A stretch of 64,000 nucleotides of DNA from Octopus vulgaris (taxonomy: Eukaryota), in assembly GCA_951406725.2 (NCBI GenBank), contig OX597817.1, forward strand, positions 58,032,001-58,096,000, given 5' to 3'. The stretch's first letter is position 1; the number at the start of each line of letters is the position of its first letter. Positions 39,235-52,760 of the stretch are shown here, in pieces. Under the pieces are notes generated by a model. That model saw only the letters and a program-made list of their open reading frames with translations. It was not told the origin of the DNA and searched no databases. The translations under genes were made by a program, and so were the position numbers.

Positions 39235-39745
39235 GCCAGAGTTACCTACAACTCACTACCACATCACTGAGTGAGAGTTACCTGTACACGCCATCTCGCA
39301 TTGGGTCATCATCACTCAACACCCCACTATCACTGAGTCATCATCACTCACTCAAACTCACCAATATACTACTGAGTCATCATCACTCACCATCAACCAC
39401 CTAGTCAGAGTCACCTACACTCACATCAATCACAGCACAACTGTGTTACTCGCACTCACTGAGTTAGAGCCAGATTCACCGATACACTACTGAGTCACCT
39501 TCACTCACCAGCACATCGCTGAGTCATCGTCATTTACCATCACACCACTGTGCCACCTACACTCACCGTCACATCAATACATCATCGATTCTCGCAAGCA
39601 CATCACTGAATTAGAGTCACCTACACCCAGCAACCCATCCCTGAATCATCTGCATTCATCATGACACCAATGAAGCACAGATGCTCACCTCCACACCACA
39701 GAATCCCTCATACACACATCCACACCACCCTATCTCCTACGCTCA
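39235..39745. repeat. Degenerate ~27-31-bp minisatellite (consensus-like gagtcacctacactcaccatcacatcact)
   Basis: Recurrent ctgagtca...cactcacc units. A different degenerate gatc-rich repeat lies just upstream at about 38985-39150. Confidence 0.7.
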
Positions 39746-41173
39746 GTAAAAATATATTCTGAGCTTAGATTAAAATATATTCATTTCTGTTGAGTGTAGG
39801 GTTCGTTAAGAAGTTCACAGCTCATTTCCCCTCAACAGTTGAATACTTCGGGGCTTAAAATCCCAAAGACTGATTCATTACGAGTAACCCAAGCTGTATT
39901 AGTTTAAGATAGCTATAAGGGTATCATACTTAATGCAAATACATCACGGAAAGTCAAATTAACTGCGGTATTCAACTGCAGATAATATCTCTTATGGACG
40001 TACGGTGTTAAAAAATCGAAAAATATATCAGGAGCAGCTGAAAATCCTCCAGTAGTGGTGGTGACAATGCTAAATGCGTATATCTGTCAGTTTAGGCTTT
40101 GTCAGTGGAAAGAATTCACTGGCAATTGCATGCTGAGACAAAAATCTGCGGATTATAGTAAAGCAATGATCGAAAAAAAAATCTGCTGCTTATATATTTT
40201 TGTGTTTTTAACACTGTGAGCTTATCAGAGATATTATCTCAGAACGAATGCTGCGTATGTCTACTTGGAGTATGGTAGACAGATTGCTATTTTAAACAAA
40301 AGCATTTTATTAATTGCTTATAGTGTAATAGTCGATCCCTCTTTGGAATGACTCATTTTCCTGTTTGACGAAAATAATGCTTTCTTATATTGATAATGAG
40401 ATCTGTCTTCAACTTTTTGGTCTGATGTGATGGCATTCATGCCTTTCCGATGTCTGGTTTGATGTGGTGACATTTTGTAACATTAATGCTATTCTTAGGG
40501 ATGAGGTGACATCACTGAAGTTCTAAATGTTTAAGACGCTTACTGGATATGAGCATCGTTCTCATTAAGGGTTCCAATGCAGCCCGGGATATTTAGATTG
40601 GGGAAAGGCACTTATTGATAATCGAAGATCGAACCGATCGAAATGAAGTGTAGATGTAAGTACTGTGTTGTAAATTAAGTACAAGGTCCATAAATACTGA
40701 GGGAGGGGGCACATCTGATTATATGGATCCTAGTACTTGACTGCTAATTATTTTATCGACCTCCGGAAGGCTGGACGGCAAAGTCGACCTCAGCATGAGT
40801 TGAATGCGATTTGAACGCAGAATATAAATTCACATAACTAAACGATGCAGTCACATATATATATATAAAAGGTTAGCTGAGTTAGAGATTAACATAACCA
40901 TTTAAGGGATAGAAGTATCCATTATACCACTGGTATATTACCTATATTTAACCATGGGCATATATATGCAAGCATATTATGCTCATAAATTATAGATAAA
41001 GTCAAGGATAAACATGAGTTTATCAGGAATCAAAATTTAAATAAAACAGAAAATGGAGAAATATTGATGAACAACAATTTACTTACATCAATTATTATTT
41101 ATCAATTCAATACAAGGGATGCAGTCTATTTGTAAGTCAATTGTTGTTCATCAATATTTCTCCATTTTCTTTT

Positions 41174-41318
<145 letters not shown>

Positions 41319-41984
41319 AATAAAATGAGACAACAAAGCCAAGGCTGTGTGGAATATTCAGGACATTTATAAAGAGCAAGTTAGTCTTACATCTGTTTCT
41401 GGGATATTAGGGATATCCCTTCACCACTACTACGACCAACAGTCACTGCTACTACTGCTATTTCGACCACTGGTCATTTCCCCAACTTTAGTCAACACAC
41501 AAGACAGCTATTATGCTCTCCCCCACAAAAAACCCACCACGTGGATTCTGTTGAGACTAGTAAGAAACAATTATGAACTTTATTATTACACTAATCTTTT
41601 TAAAATATTTTTGATTAGGTTCGTTTTTTCAAGAAGAACCGAAACATGTAAAATTTCTAAGAAATTTAAAATTCATTTTATATAGTGGCATTTTCAAATT
41701 TCTTTTTTATAAATATAAACCCACTCGTATACCACCTACACCTATTATAAATATATATATATACAGAGAGAGAGAGAGAGTGAGTGAGAGAGAGAGAGAG
41801 AGAAAGAGAAAGGGAGAGAGAGAAGGTTGAAAAGTAGCACACGAGTAGATGTATATATGGAAAATAGAACAAGGTAGAAAATGTTAAAATAATTTTATCT
41901 TGAAGAACATTTTAGTACCGGTTTCAGTAAAGCTTGATAAACAATTAAATTGTGGAAAAACTGAATGAAAATAAAAAAAAACAT

Positions 41985-42620
41985 ATTTCCATAGTTTTCA
42001 AATACGCGGGACATTTTTCTTTTGTCTGTCTCTCTCTCTTTTACTTTTGTGAAGGCTCGGTAGGTAGGTAGATAGGTAGGTAGGTAGGTAGGTAGGTAGG
42101 TAGGTAGGTAGGTAGGTAGGTAGGTAGGTAGGTAAGTAGGTAGGTAGTAGAAGATCTGAAGAAATATTTAATATGAGGGATGTGGGTTCTGGATTTTGAT
42201 TGTTTAAGCAGCAGTGGCCGAGGAAGGAGACGGTGAAGAAGAAGAAGAAGAAGAAGAGGGGAAGAGGAGAGGGAGTAGGAAAAGAAGAGAAAGAATAAGA
42301 AAAAGACGGGAGTGGTATGACGGTAGTAGGCTGTTGGTAGAGTCTTCTTAAATGGTCAAGTGACCAAAAAGTGACCTGTTGTGGTTATAGCAGTAGTGGC
42401 TGGAACTGTTTTGAATAAATTCTTGGGTAGTGACTGTTATGAATATATCATTTTTAATATTTGCGTGGGTATTATTCTAATGCCCTTGTAGTAGTGTCAT
42501 TTGTGGTGGAAGCATTCAAAAGGAGTTTATATTTTGTTACTACCGAGCCTTCACAAAAGTAAAAGAGAGAGCCTCAGAAAAAAGAAAATGTCTCACATAT
42601 TTCAAAACTATGGAAATATT
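41985..42620. repeat. Inverted repeat: ~80-bp arms at about 41985-42063 and 42540-42620
   Basis: atatttccatagttttcaaatac...ttttgtgaaggctcggtag versus ctaccgagccttcacaaaa...tttcaaaactatggaaatat. Confidence 0.8.
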
Positions 42621-42801
42621 TAAAAAGAACATTTCATATATATATATATATATATATAGGAATAAAATTTATATATAAAGAAGAACGTGAAATGCACAAA
42701 GGGACGAACACAGAAAACAGACGGGTCATTCGAAGCCTTTAATCTTCAGTCAGAAACCGGATCATCATAGCAAATTTCGGCTGATTAACTCTGATATTTG
42801 C

Positions 42802-42853
<52 letters not shown>

Positions 42854-42869
42854 ATAATTTATAATAATG

Positions 42870-42981
<112 letters not shown>

Positions 42982-43064
42982 TATGAGGGAATATTATTCC
43001 AAACTTACTGGGAAAAATTCAATTTAGAAATACTAAATCAAGTTTCACAAAACATAATATATAT

Positions 43065-43352
43065 ATATATATAAATTAGAAAAAAACACCTTTTAAAAAA
43101 CACCAATAAGTAAAAAATTAAATTATACCATCTAGAAAATTACATATTATAGAAAGATTAAATATAAGATAAAACATATAACGATGATTAAGTAATGTAT
43201 ACCAAATATATGTTTTATTTATTAATTTGCACATTACTTAATCATCGTTGTATGTTTTATCTTATATTTAATCTTTCTATATGTAATTTTCTAGATGGTG
43301 TAATTTAATTTTAATTTTTCTTTATTGAATTGATAAAAGGTGATTTTTTCTA

Positions 43353-43365
<13 letters not shown>
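43065..43365. repeat. ~300-bp fold-back element between (TA)n arrays
   Basis: ccatctagaaaattacata...gatgattaagtaatgt pairs with acattacttaatcatc...tgtaattttctagatgg. Confidence 0.85.
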
Positions 43366-43383
<18 letters not shown>

Positions 43384-43954
43384 CTTTCTTTTAAAATGAA
43401 ATTAATAGCCAAAGATTATGTAGCATTCATGCATTTCTGAAAGACAATAGGTGATGTAAGGCGAAAGTGACCTGGGAAACGAACGCGGTTCGTATATTCG
43501 CCTGATTGGTGGTTCCACAACACCCGAAACACTGGTGAACATAAATGGCATTTGTTGTTGATGTTGACACACTCGTTCATTTTGTAGGTAACCAAGCAGC
43601 AGGCTGCAGGATGCGTTGCAAGCAGTCTTGTAGGCAACCCTTGCCCATTGCAGGTTTGTCTCCCTTTGCTAGCCCTTGCGCACCGCTGCTACTGTCGCTA
43701 TTGTCGCTATTGTCGCTACTGTCGCTACTACTGCTACCATTACCACTTCTATCATCATCCTCACAACACTTCAGCTACTACCTCTACAACAATGTTCTCC
43801 TTTGTACTCTCCTCTTCCTTCTTTTCTACCACCACCAACACCTCCACTTTTCTCTTCTCACTCATCATCAACATTTCACACCCGTATCTACCGTTTCAAG
43901 TCCTTTTTCTCTTCATCTTTCTTCCATATTTCCATACTCCTCCTCCTCCTCCTC

Positions 43955-43993
<39 letters not shown>

Positions 43994-43994
43994 T

Positions 43995-44530
43995 CTTCGG
44001 AGCTGAAGGACATTTCTGTTCAGAAATCGTATCAGAAAAAGCATCGTGGGGTGTACAGTGTCCAGTTGCCCAATCAACAGCTTCAAAATGTGTCCGAGGA
44101 CCTACGTAGTACATGTTGTAGTCCGCAAGAAATGTGGTGCAATCCTAAAATGGGATCGCCACCAGAAAACTGCACATTTGCGTCAAAGTCACAAACGCTT
44201 CGGTCCATAAACATCTGCAGAAACTCCAAAACTTGAACTTTGTTGCGTCCATCATAGCTACTGAATGTAACACAGGTAACCTTGGAATCAAGGAGGCCAT
44301 CCTAATTATGGACTGAAACCAGCTATAAACTACAAACAAGAACTACCCGGATGAAACTGACTATTCTAACAACACTAATCTGTGTTTCACTACCTTCTGT
44401 ATAACTGAACATCTCTCATTTTTTTACGTACCCTGATGAAGAGGTGTTAATCCCGAAATATTGAATTACAACGTGAAACTTCATCTGCAGTTTTGTCCTC
44501 ACTTTTGTATTTTATTTCGTATTGTTTCTG
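43995..44530 (+). mobile_element. Penelope-like element 3' remnant (GIY-YIG C-terminus followed by hammerhead-like motif)
   Basis: 44281-44343 reads LGIKEAILI then, after a frameshift, LKPAINYKQE, like the end of PLE GIY-YIG domains. CTGATGA (44433-44439) ... GAAA (44455-44458) follows. Confidence 0.6.
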
Positions 44531-45299
44531 CCTTAACAATTCCTGATTTAATCTATACAAATACACATACGTACATAAACCCACTCACTCATACACACAC
44601 ACGCGCGCGCGTGCATACATACATGTATGAATTCTAAAGTCAAACTGTTATAATCTCACTTCTGTAATTTTATAATTCTCTGCCTCACCCCATCACTCTG
44701 TATTCATATACTTTCTCTCTATCTCATAAATAATCTTGTCTCATTGCACTATATACTAAAACTCACTGCACCACCATACCCTCCATCATCACCACCACCA
44801 CCACCACCACTACCATTACTACCGCTGTCACCACCATGAGCCTCACAAAGCAACTGACCACTTCGCGCACGCACAATTGGTTTACTTTAAATGCAAGCGT
44901 GTACGCATGCGCGTGCCTTTATATGCATTGAGTGTATGTGTGTCAGGTTGAGTGGGCGTCTTTATGTGCACGTGTGTGAATCTGTGTGTGCATGTGTGTA
45001 TGCGATTGAGTATGTGTGTGAGAATGTGTAAGTGCGTGCCTGAGTAAATGCTAATATATTCATGTTGGTAAATAAGATTGTATAAAGACATAAATATGCC
45101 ACTTGTGTGTGTGTATGTGTGTGTGGTTATTCTGTTACGTTGTCTGTATATTCTCTACGTTCTGTTTCTATATTTTCTGCATAATGTTCTATATAGTATC
45201 TGCATATTTTTTTGTATACATAAGTGTGGAAAACCCAGATCCAAACGTTTTTACAAACAAGGTCGATTGTTTCAACCTCATTATCAAAACAAAAACAAG

Positions 45300-45365
<66 letters not shown>

Positions 45366-45394
45366 GTGTTATCATGTACATTGTTTTGTCTTGG

Positions 45395-45838
45395 TATAAA
45401 AGATGGGCTACAGCAAATATTCTGCTCAATACCACAGATTTGTTTGTCAGTTGTTTGACCTTAACCAGTTGAGCATGTCCCTTAGTGGCTGACGATATGT
45501 GCATCTCTGATTACGAGCAGAAGTAGTGGGGGAGCATCATAGCCGTGTGTTGAAGAGAATTCTTGGAGGCTTGGATAATTCACGTTTGGAAACATGGGTG
45601 GTTCGTTCAATATCCTTAAACGATCCTTAATCAGGGACCTTTTGAAAATTCTAACTGGGCCCCACCTGCAAGGTCATGCGCTGTTTATCTTGATATGAGA
45701 TCACCATGTCGCGCACATTTGGTTGTGATGCATGTGTCTGGTGTACCCTTATCAGACGGGTAGTCATGATGGGTATACTGGGCTTCGTATATTTTACCCC
45801 AGTGTCATTTTGATGGCATGCACTGCTCTCTCACTCAA
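45395..45838 (-). mobile_element. Interspersed repeat, reverse copy of 13588-14033
   Basis: Shared gcatgccatcaaa...ctggggtaaaatat...gagatgcacata...aagggacatgctcaactggttaaggtc. Confidence 0.8.
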
Positions 45839-46150
45839 TAATTAATTATTGACTCAAGTTCGTTCTTATTCCTGATATAATTTATGTGGGTAGCGAGTTA
45901 CTACCAATAACTTTAGGTATCCACAAGCTTTCAATAGTCTTCCAAGTGCTTATGACGCTCCTGATAATCTTTGCTGTCTCTAAGAGACAAACTTTTTGTA
46001 GAAGCTCTACAAGACATTCTATTCCAATCTCCTTCAACCATTTCTCTATATCTTTTCAATTAGACTTTTAGAAAAGTAGATCCTAACATCGGGCTACAAC
46101 AAGTTGCCTCAGATGCTACGAACCCTCCTATTGCGTTACAGCAAGCAACC

Positions 46151-46792
46151 TTAGATGCCAAGAACCCTCCTGAGTATCCTAGCTGTCCCTAATAACACTG
46201 TTCTCTGCAGCTGTACTAAACTGGGTTTTGTACCTATTTCCACTATCCTCCATATGTTCAGATCTTTAAGAATAATTCCCAATGCACTTATAACTACTGG
46301 GATACATTTTACCCGCAATTTCCATAGTCTCTGTAATTCAACGGCTGGGTCCTGGTACTTTGATATTTTCCTATATCTCTCATAATGATTTTTTTCATAA
46401 TTTGGGACTGTAAAGTCAGTTATCTGGCACTTTCTATTCTCTTTATCTACTACTACCAAACCAGGCCTTGTAGCGTCTATTACTTTGTCAGTCTGAATGT
46501 TAAAGTCCCACAACACTTTGTATTTCTTACTTTCTAGTATTTCACTAGGCTCATGTTCATACTATTTATCAGTAAGCTTAAATCCTAGCTTTCTACAAAG
46601 CTCCCAGTGGATTGCTCTCCCTAGGTTGTCATGTCTTTACTTGTATTCTTCTTGTGCCAGTATGCTATATTCATTTACTATGTGAGTAACGCTTTCCTCT
46701 TTTGATTTATGTAATCTACATTGGGAATCTACTTGGTTTTTGTCTATCTTGGCTTTTATTCAATTAGTCCTTAATGGTTGATCTTGTGCAGA
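46151..46792 (-). mobile_element. 3' fragment of an RLE-type non-LTR retrotransposon (R4/Dong-like)
   Basis: LWDFNIQTDKVIDATRPGLVVVDK...KYQDxAxELxRLW...IPVVISALG...LLGTARILRRVLGI. Confidence 0.88.
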
Positions 46793-47526
46793 TTATTATT
46801 GTTGTTGTTGTTGTTGTTGTTGTTAATATCATATTCGCACATCAATCGAATGAGATAAATCCTTTAATGGAAAAGTAATGCTTCAAATCATTCGAAAAAA
46901 TGTTTCTGCGCTCGATCATTTTGGCGATGAAGTTTATCAGGAGGATGTTCAAAACGTTTTCCTTGCCCCATCCCACAAAATTCTTTGTGGGTGCGCTTGC
47001 AATCCCTGCGCTCCCTATTCCCGATCCTGTGCCTGTACACTGTGTATAAATACTGTATACCGTCGCCATACTCTACACTACTTATTTGCAGTCTACATTG
47101 TATACGTATAACATTTATGATATATATAAACCGAGTGTATGTTGCGTATATATCATCATTATACTTTACAGACACTGTTTCTATATTGTTTTAACACTGT
47201 ATAAGTATTATTTATATACTGCTTGTGTATTGTCTATATACTCTCTCCCCGCTCTCTGTTCTGTATAAAATCTGTATCGTTAAAGGATGTTTTATAAATT
47301 TAAAATGATTTAAAAATATGAACATTGACTGAAAAAAGAAAAGGTTTCCACGCAAGTAACATACAATTAATAATTCTAAATAATAAGTATAATTAATAAA
47401 TATAATAAATAAGATATAATTGATAATTTTATTGATAGTGACTTCAAAGTTTCGGCGGTAGATGGCGGCGTCAGTGTGCATCAAAGTGTCTGCTCCATGC
47501 ATTGACGGGATAAGTATAAAATAGAT

Positions 47527-48390
47527 TTCCAGGCGAGATGGTGTTTTTTACTAATGTGCTCTTTCGATAGTTTACTAATTTTGCCATTGATAAATTCGAC
47601 CTCGGCGTTCAAGTAAGCCTCATCAAGATTCTTCCTGGCAGCTATGAGTTGGATCTTCAGTGACTGGGATGGAGAACGGTGGTAAGCTAGTGATATAGAC
47701 TTTAGATGGTTTCTGGCTTCGATGACATTTGGGGAATTAGAAGGTTTGCTCTGGCCCCTACTCTTCCTTTTGGGAAGAGTAGCCAGTGCAACTTCCTCTG
47801 TTGATTTGATGAGGCTGCTGTATACTTCCTCAATGTTCTCAGCATATATTTCAGAAGTAGACAGAGATTGAAATTTGTTATAGACCTCAATAGTAAATTG
47901 TTTGGACATATCGGGGTTAGATAAGACTTCCTCCCAGTCGATCATTTTGATCGGGTGAGGCTTAGTTTTTTTGGATGAGCGAAGACTAAGCTTAACGGTA
48001 GCTGATACAATTCTGTGGTCAGAGCCGACAGAACTAAAGGAAGAGTAGGATCTCGAGTCCTTAACACTATTGCGCCATTTCTTTCGAAAGATGAGGTAGT
48101 CAATTTGTGCCCTATCACCAAGTGGGGACTCAAATGTCCAAAGTTGACCTTTTGGTTTCATAAAAGAATTGTTGGAGGTGTAGAGATTAAATTCCTCCAA
48201 GAAGTCTTTGAGCATTTCTCCGTTCCGATTGGTTTTAGAGTTGAAAGTAAACTTGGTCTCATCGGGTCCTAGTCTAGCATTCAGATCACCAGCTATAACC
48301 AGAAAATTATGGAGAGGTACTTGCTCAATGGTTGAACGAAGGGTTGTATAGAAATTTTCAATTTCGTCTGCCACAGACGAATTATGTGGG
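47527..48390 (-). pseudogene. Inverted AP-endonuclease portion of the LINE ORF
   Basis: GDLNAR, NRNGEML, QIDYLI and SDHR motifs. The frame is open and ends HHLAWK. Confidence 0.9.
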
Positions 48391-50071
48391 AAATCCATCA
48401 AAGACCTATCAGGCAAAAATTCTGGGTCATCAATTAGAATTAAAGGGGGATCAGCTAAGAAGCGTTTAGAAAATTGGTCAACCCATTTTAAAAACCTCCT
48501 TGGGAAGAATGCCAAAATCCCTGATAACCCCACTCTCCCAAGTGTGCCTATATCAGACACGCTGGACATCAACACCTCCCCTTTTACCATATTTGAACTA
48601 ACAGCAGCCACCAAGCAACTAAAAGCCTCGAAAGCATTTGGTCCCGACAACATTCCGGCTGTGATTTGGAAGGATGATAGATTTCACACACTTTTGCTTA
48701 ACCTCTGCAACCACACACTTTCCACCTTTGTCGCTCCAAAGATTTGGCACCAATCTCAAATCATTCCAATACCCAAAAAAGGCGATTTGTCCCTCGTCAC
48801 CAACTACAGGGGCATATCTCTAATGTCAATTGCTGCAAAACTGTACAACAAACTGATCCTAAATCGTCTTGTCCTTTTTGTTGAACCTTTGCTCCGAAAG
48901 AATCAAAATGGATTCAGACATGGGCGCTCAACGCTGAGCCAGATACTATGCCTGCGCAGACTTATTGAAGAATCAAAAGCATTTAATCGCGATCTTGCAA
49001 TGGTATTTGTAGACTTTTCTAAAGCGTTCGATTCTGTAGATAGGTACAAGATGTTTGAAATCCTTAAGCTCTATGGGATACCAGACAAAATTATTTCTGC
49101 CATCAAGGTCCTCTACACAGATACGTCTTCAACCATCTTAACCCCTGATGGAGAAACATCATCTTTCTCGATCGAGGCCGGAATACTGCAGGGAGACACA
49201 CTCGCCCCATTTCTTTTCATCATTGTTGTTGATTATGTGCTACGTATGTCAGTTGATACCATCTTTGGCAAGGGCTTTGAAATAAAACCAAGAAGTTCCA
49301 GACACCCAGCTGAGTACTTGACAGACACTGACTTTGCTGACGACATCGCTCTTATCAGTGATTCTCTCTCCAATGCCCAGTCTCTTTTACAATCTCTTGA
49401 ACAAGCCTCAAATTGTGTAGGTCTTTACCTCAATGAGACCAAAACTGAATACATAAACAAGTGCCTGTCCAACAGTGATTGCATCATCCACACTCTCAAC
49501 AGTGCACCTTTAAATATGGTTTCTGATTATAAATATCTTGGGTCATACAAAAGACTTTCTAACTAGAAAGGGTATGGCCTGGTCAGCCTGTAATGACATG
49601 CATAAGATCTGGTCATCAAATCTAAGTAGGGACTTCAAACTTGAAATATTCAAAGCCACAGTCGAACCAATTCTACTATATGGCTCAGAAACCTGGACGT
49701 TATCAAAGAAGCTTGAGAGGCGGTTGGATGGAACCTACACTCGCCTCCTTATGAGAGCTCAAAATCTCTCGTGGAGGCGCCATCCAACTAAAATGCAAAT
49801 ATATGGGAAATTACCACCTGTGTCATCTCTTGTGAAAGGTAGGAGAGTCCAGTTTGCTGGACATTGTTGTAGAGCTGAAAAAGAAGTAATTTCTACTCTT
49901 CTCCTCTGGAAGCCATCTACTCGCAACACCAGAGGGCGCACACTCTCCTACCCTGATGTAATCTCCAGGGATACAGGCATCCAGCAACAGGACCTCCGTA
50001 ATGCTATGATGGACCGTGAAGTCTGGCGCAACATGGTAAATTCCATTGTCTCGACCACGGTCGAACAATGA
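48389..50071 (+). pseudogene. Reverse-transcriptase portion of the LINE ORF, with one frameshift near 49550
   Basis: KAFGPDNI, NYRGISL, QNGFR, VDFSKAFDSV, GILQGDTLAPFLF, FADD and YKYLGS motifs, then LLYGSETW in the next frame. Confidence 0.92.
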
Positions 50072-50093
50072 TGAATGATGATAAAATAGATAG

Positions 50094-50138
<45 letters not shown>

Positions 50139-50139
50139 C

Positions 50140-50214
<75 letters not shown>

Positions 50215-50284
50215 GGCCATTATAGTATAGGCTATATACGGGTTTCATGACGATTAAGACGATCATATTATTTGTATATTCGAA

Positions 50285-50622
50285 GGCGGCGAAGTGGCAG
50301 AATGGTTAGCACAGGCTTTATGATCTGAGTTCAAATTCCGTCAAGGTCGACTTTGTCTTTCATCCTTTCGGGATCGATAAAATAAGTACCAGTTGTTCAC
50401 TGGGGTTGATTTAATCGATTTATCCCTCTTTCCAAAATTTCAGACCTTGTATAGTTGTATATTGCACAGCTGTATGGTTAAGAAACACGCTTTTCAACCA
50501 CGTGGTTTCTTGGTCAGTCTCACTGTCCGGCATTTTGGACAAATATTTTCTACTATGGCTCCTGGCCGAATAATGCATTATGAGTGAATTTGGTAGACGG
50601 AAACTGAAAGAAGCCCATCGTT
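50285..50622 (+). mobile_element. Adjacent SINE remnants (family A 50285-50450; family B 50465-50622)
   Basis: Homology to the other copies in the window. Confidence 0.75.
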
Positions 50623-51347
50623 TGTTTGAGTGATTTTGTTTATCTCCTTTATAATTCACGAATAATGAAGGCGAAGTAAGGCTGAATCAGTGCGTGTGTT
50701 TATTATTGTCGTATTACCCTCCGGTGATACAACAAAATCTGTTCCCGCACACAATTTCACATCAAGAATCTTGCAAACCAAGTACAAACGCGAAATACAT
50801 TATTTGCCAAACGATATCTTGTAGTTTATTATTTATTGTTGGTCTTTTCTCTATGCAATCAAAATATCCACAGCTAAATAATGTACTGCAATACATCTTT
50901 GATGCGAAGACCTGGTTAGCTTCTGATAAAATATGGTACAAGTCTCGCCTTCGATATATCAGTTCCCTTGAAGAACACAAGCTGTATGTTTATATTATAG
51001 AAACAAACCATTTGCATTTTGTTTATAGGCACGTGATACGTGTACCTAATTGTCACATTTTGCAATGTGATGGATATTTTAATGCGATATAGCGTCCAAC
51101 TTTTGATTGGTAAATATTTTATCGATTCCAGAAGGATAAAGAGTAAAAACTAGATTGTTCAGTTCGAACTTAAAGCGTAAAGAGATACTACTCAATTCTG
51201 AAAGATATTTTGGTCGATGTTGTATCGTGTCTGCTACCCAACAATACGAGAATTTTATCGAGTATTAAGACAGAGGCCTCACACCAAGATTATATTAAAC
51301 TACGTGCTGTGTTCTGCTACAATTTAAAACAAAGAACTCACGTTAAG

Positions 51348-51851
51348 TCATCTTACTATAACGGGTGCTATGTCCATCTGTCTGTCTGTTCCCTCTTCAC
51401 GGTCAAACGGCTTGACCAATGGTCACGATGTTTTTCGGGATTACGAAGGGGGTAATCAGAAAAAAATGTAAAAAAGTATGATCATTTAATGGATATTGAG
51501 TTTGTATTAATAAATGACCTTTGATTTTTTTTTTTTTTTTTGTTAAAATTCCAGCAATTGGGATTAACTCTGGATTTCCCCCTTTAGAGTTCGTGAATTT
51601 AGAGGGTTTAGATTTGCGATACTATCCCATTATTTCCCATCGTAGATGGGCAGACTCCTAAAGATTCCATTCGCGCATTCACAACAAACAAGGCACAGGG
51701 CCAGACTTTAGATCGTGTGGGTGTATTTTTAGCCACTCCGATGTTTACACACGACCAGTTATACGTCGTTACGAGTAGAGCAATGGACTCCAGTAATTTG
51801 AAAATTAGTGTTGACCAAACAGAAAATATCGTCTGCAAAGAAATTTTGTAA
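51348..51851 (+). mobile_element. Helitron remnant with PIF1-type helicase C-terminus
   Basis: 51672-51851 translates as RAFTTNKAQGQTLDRVGVFLATPMFTHDQLYVVTSRAM...TENIVCKEIL*, matching AxTINKSQGQTL...FSHGQLYVAxSR. A 5'-end-like tc...tctgtctgtctg lies at about 51350. Confidence 0.8.
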
Positions 51852-52062
51852 ATCATATTGATGTTATCGGAAGGAATAGGATTCATAATTTAAATAAGAA
51901 AGTTTGTGAACTTTGAATGTCTTAGAGTGTAAACAAACGTAAAATACTGTAAACAACTAAAATAAAAGTATATCTGAATAGCATTTTTTCTTAATACTTT
52001 TTATGTAGTGGTCGAAGGAAGCTCTGGCTTTCGTTAGGAGTGGTCCAAATAACCTATTTCTT

Positions 52063-52275
52063 TACTGCCCACAAGGGGCTACACACAGAGGGAACAAACA
52101 AGGACAGACAAACGGATTAAGTCGATAACATCGACCCAGTGCGTAACTGGTAATTATTTAATCGACCCCGAAAGGATGAAAGGCAAAGTTGACCTAGGCG
52201 GAATTTGAACTCAGAACGTAGCGGCAGACGAAATACCGCTAAGCATTTCGCCCAGCATGCTAACGTTTCTGCCGG
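52063..52275 (-). mobile_element. tRNA-derived SINE (family A)
   Basis: Reverse complement of the 5686 family, including the tgtttgt...agccccttgtgggcagtaaag tail. Confidence 0.85.
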
Positions 52276-52554
52276 AGCCTATTTCAGTTCGGGAGTGAAT
52301 CGTCATCACCTGTCACTTAGTTGGAAACACATGTCTCATAGCTGCAATAGAATGCTGTACCACCAACAATAAGGTGATTTCTCTAAGACATCATCCAGAA
52401 ATCTATCAAAGTCCATTGACACATTTCTCAATACATACTGCTGTTATGACTTCAGACCCTCATTGTATGCCTCCATCATAGATGGGTAGATTTGCTAGTA
52501 CTGAAAATAGGCTCAATTAACTTTCGAAATATTCATGGAAAAAACATCCTCAAC

Positions 52555-52637
<83 letters not shown>

Positions 52638-52727
52638 AACACACACACACACACAAACACACACACAAACACACACACACACACACACACAAATATCTAC
52701 ATGCCTATATGTATATGCATATGTATC

Positions 52728-52760
<33 letters not shown>

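Larger units (their letters stand above)
47527..50080 (+). mobile_element. RTE-like LINE insertion, 5'-truncated with 5' inversion; TSD ATAAAATAGAT
   Basis: Inverted APE segment at 47527-48390 and forward RT segment at 48389-50071. Short (ATG)-type tail. Identical 11-mers at 47516-47526 and 50081-50091. Confidence 0.92.

Noticed and set aside
39235-39745. CRISPR-like array (also the 45-mer pair at 28244-28392)
   Set aside because: Eukaryotic context, degenerate contiguous units, no unique spacers and no cas genes.
47481-48653. 390-aa minus-strand ORF as an independent gene overlapping the RT ORF
   Set aside because: It is a chimera: the first ~88 aa are antisense RT-side sequence read across the inversion junction, and the last residues are flanking DNA.
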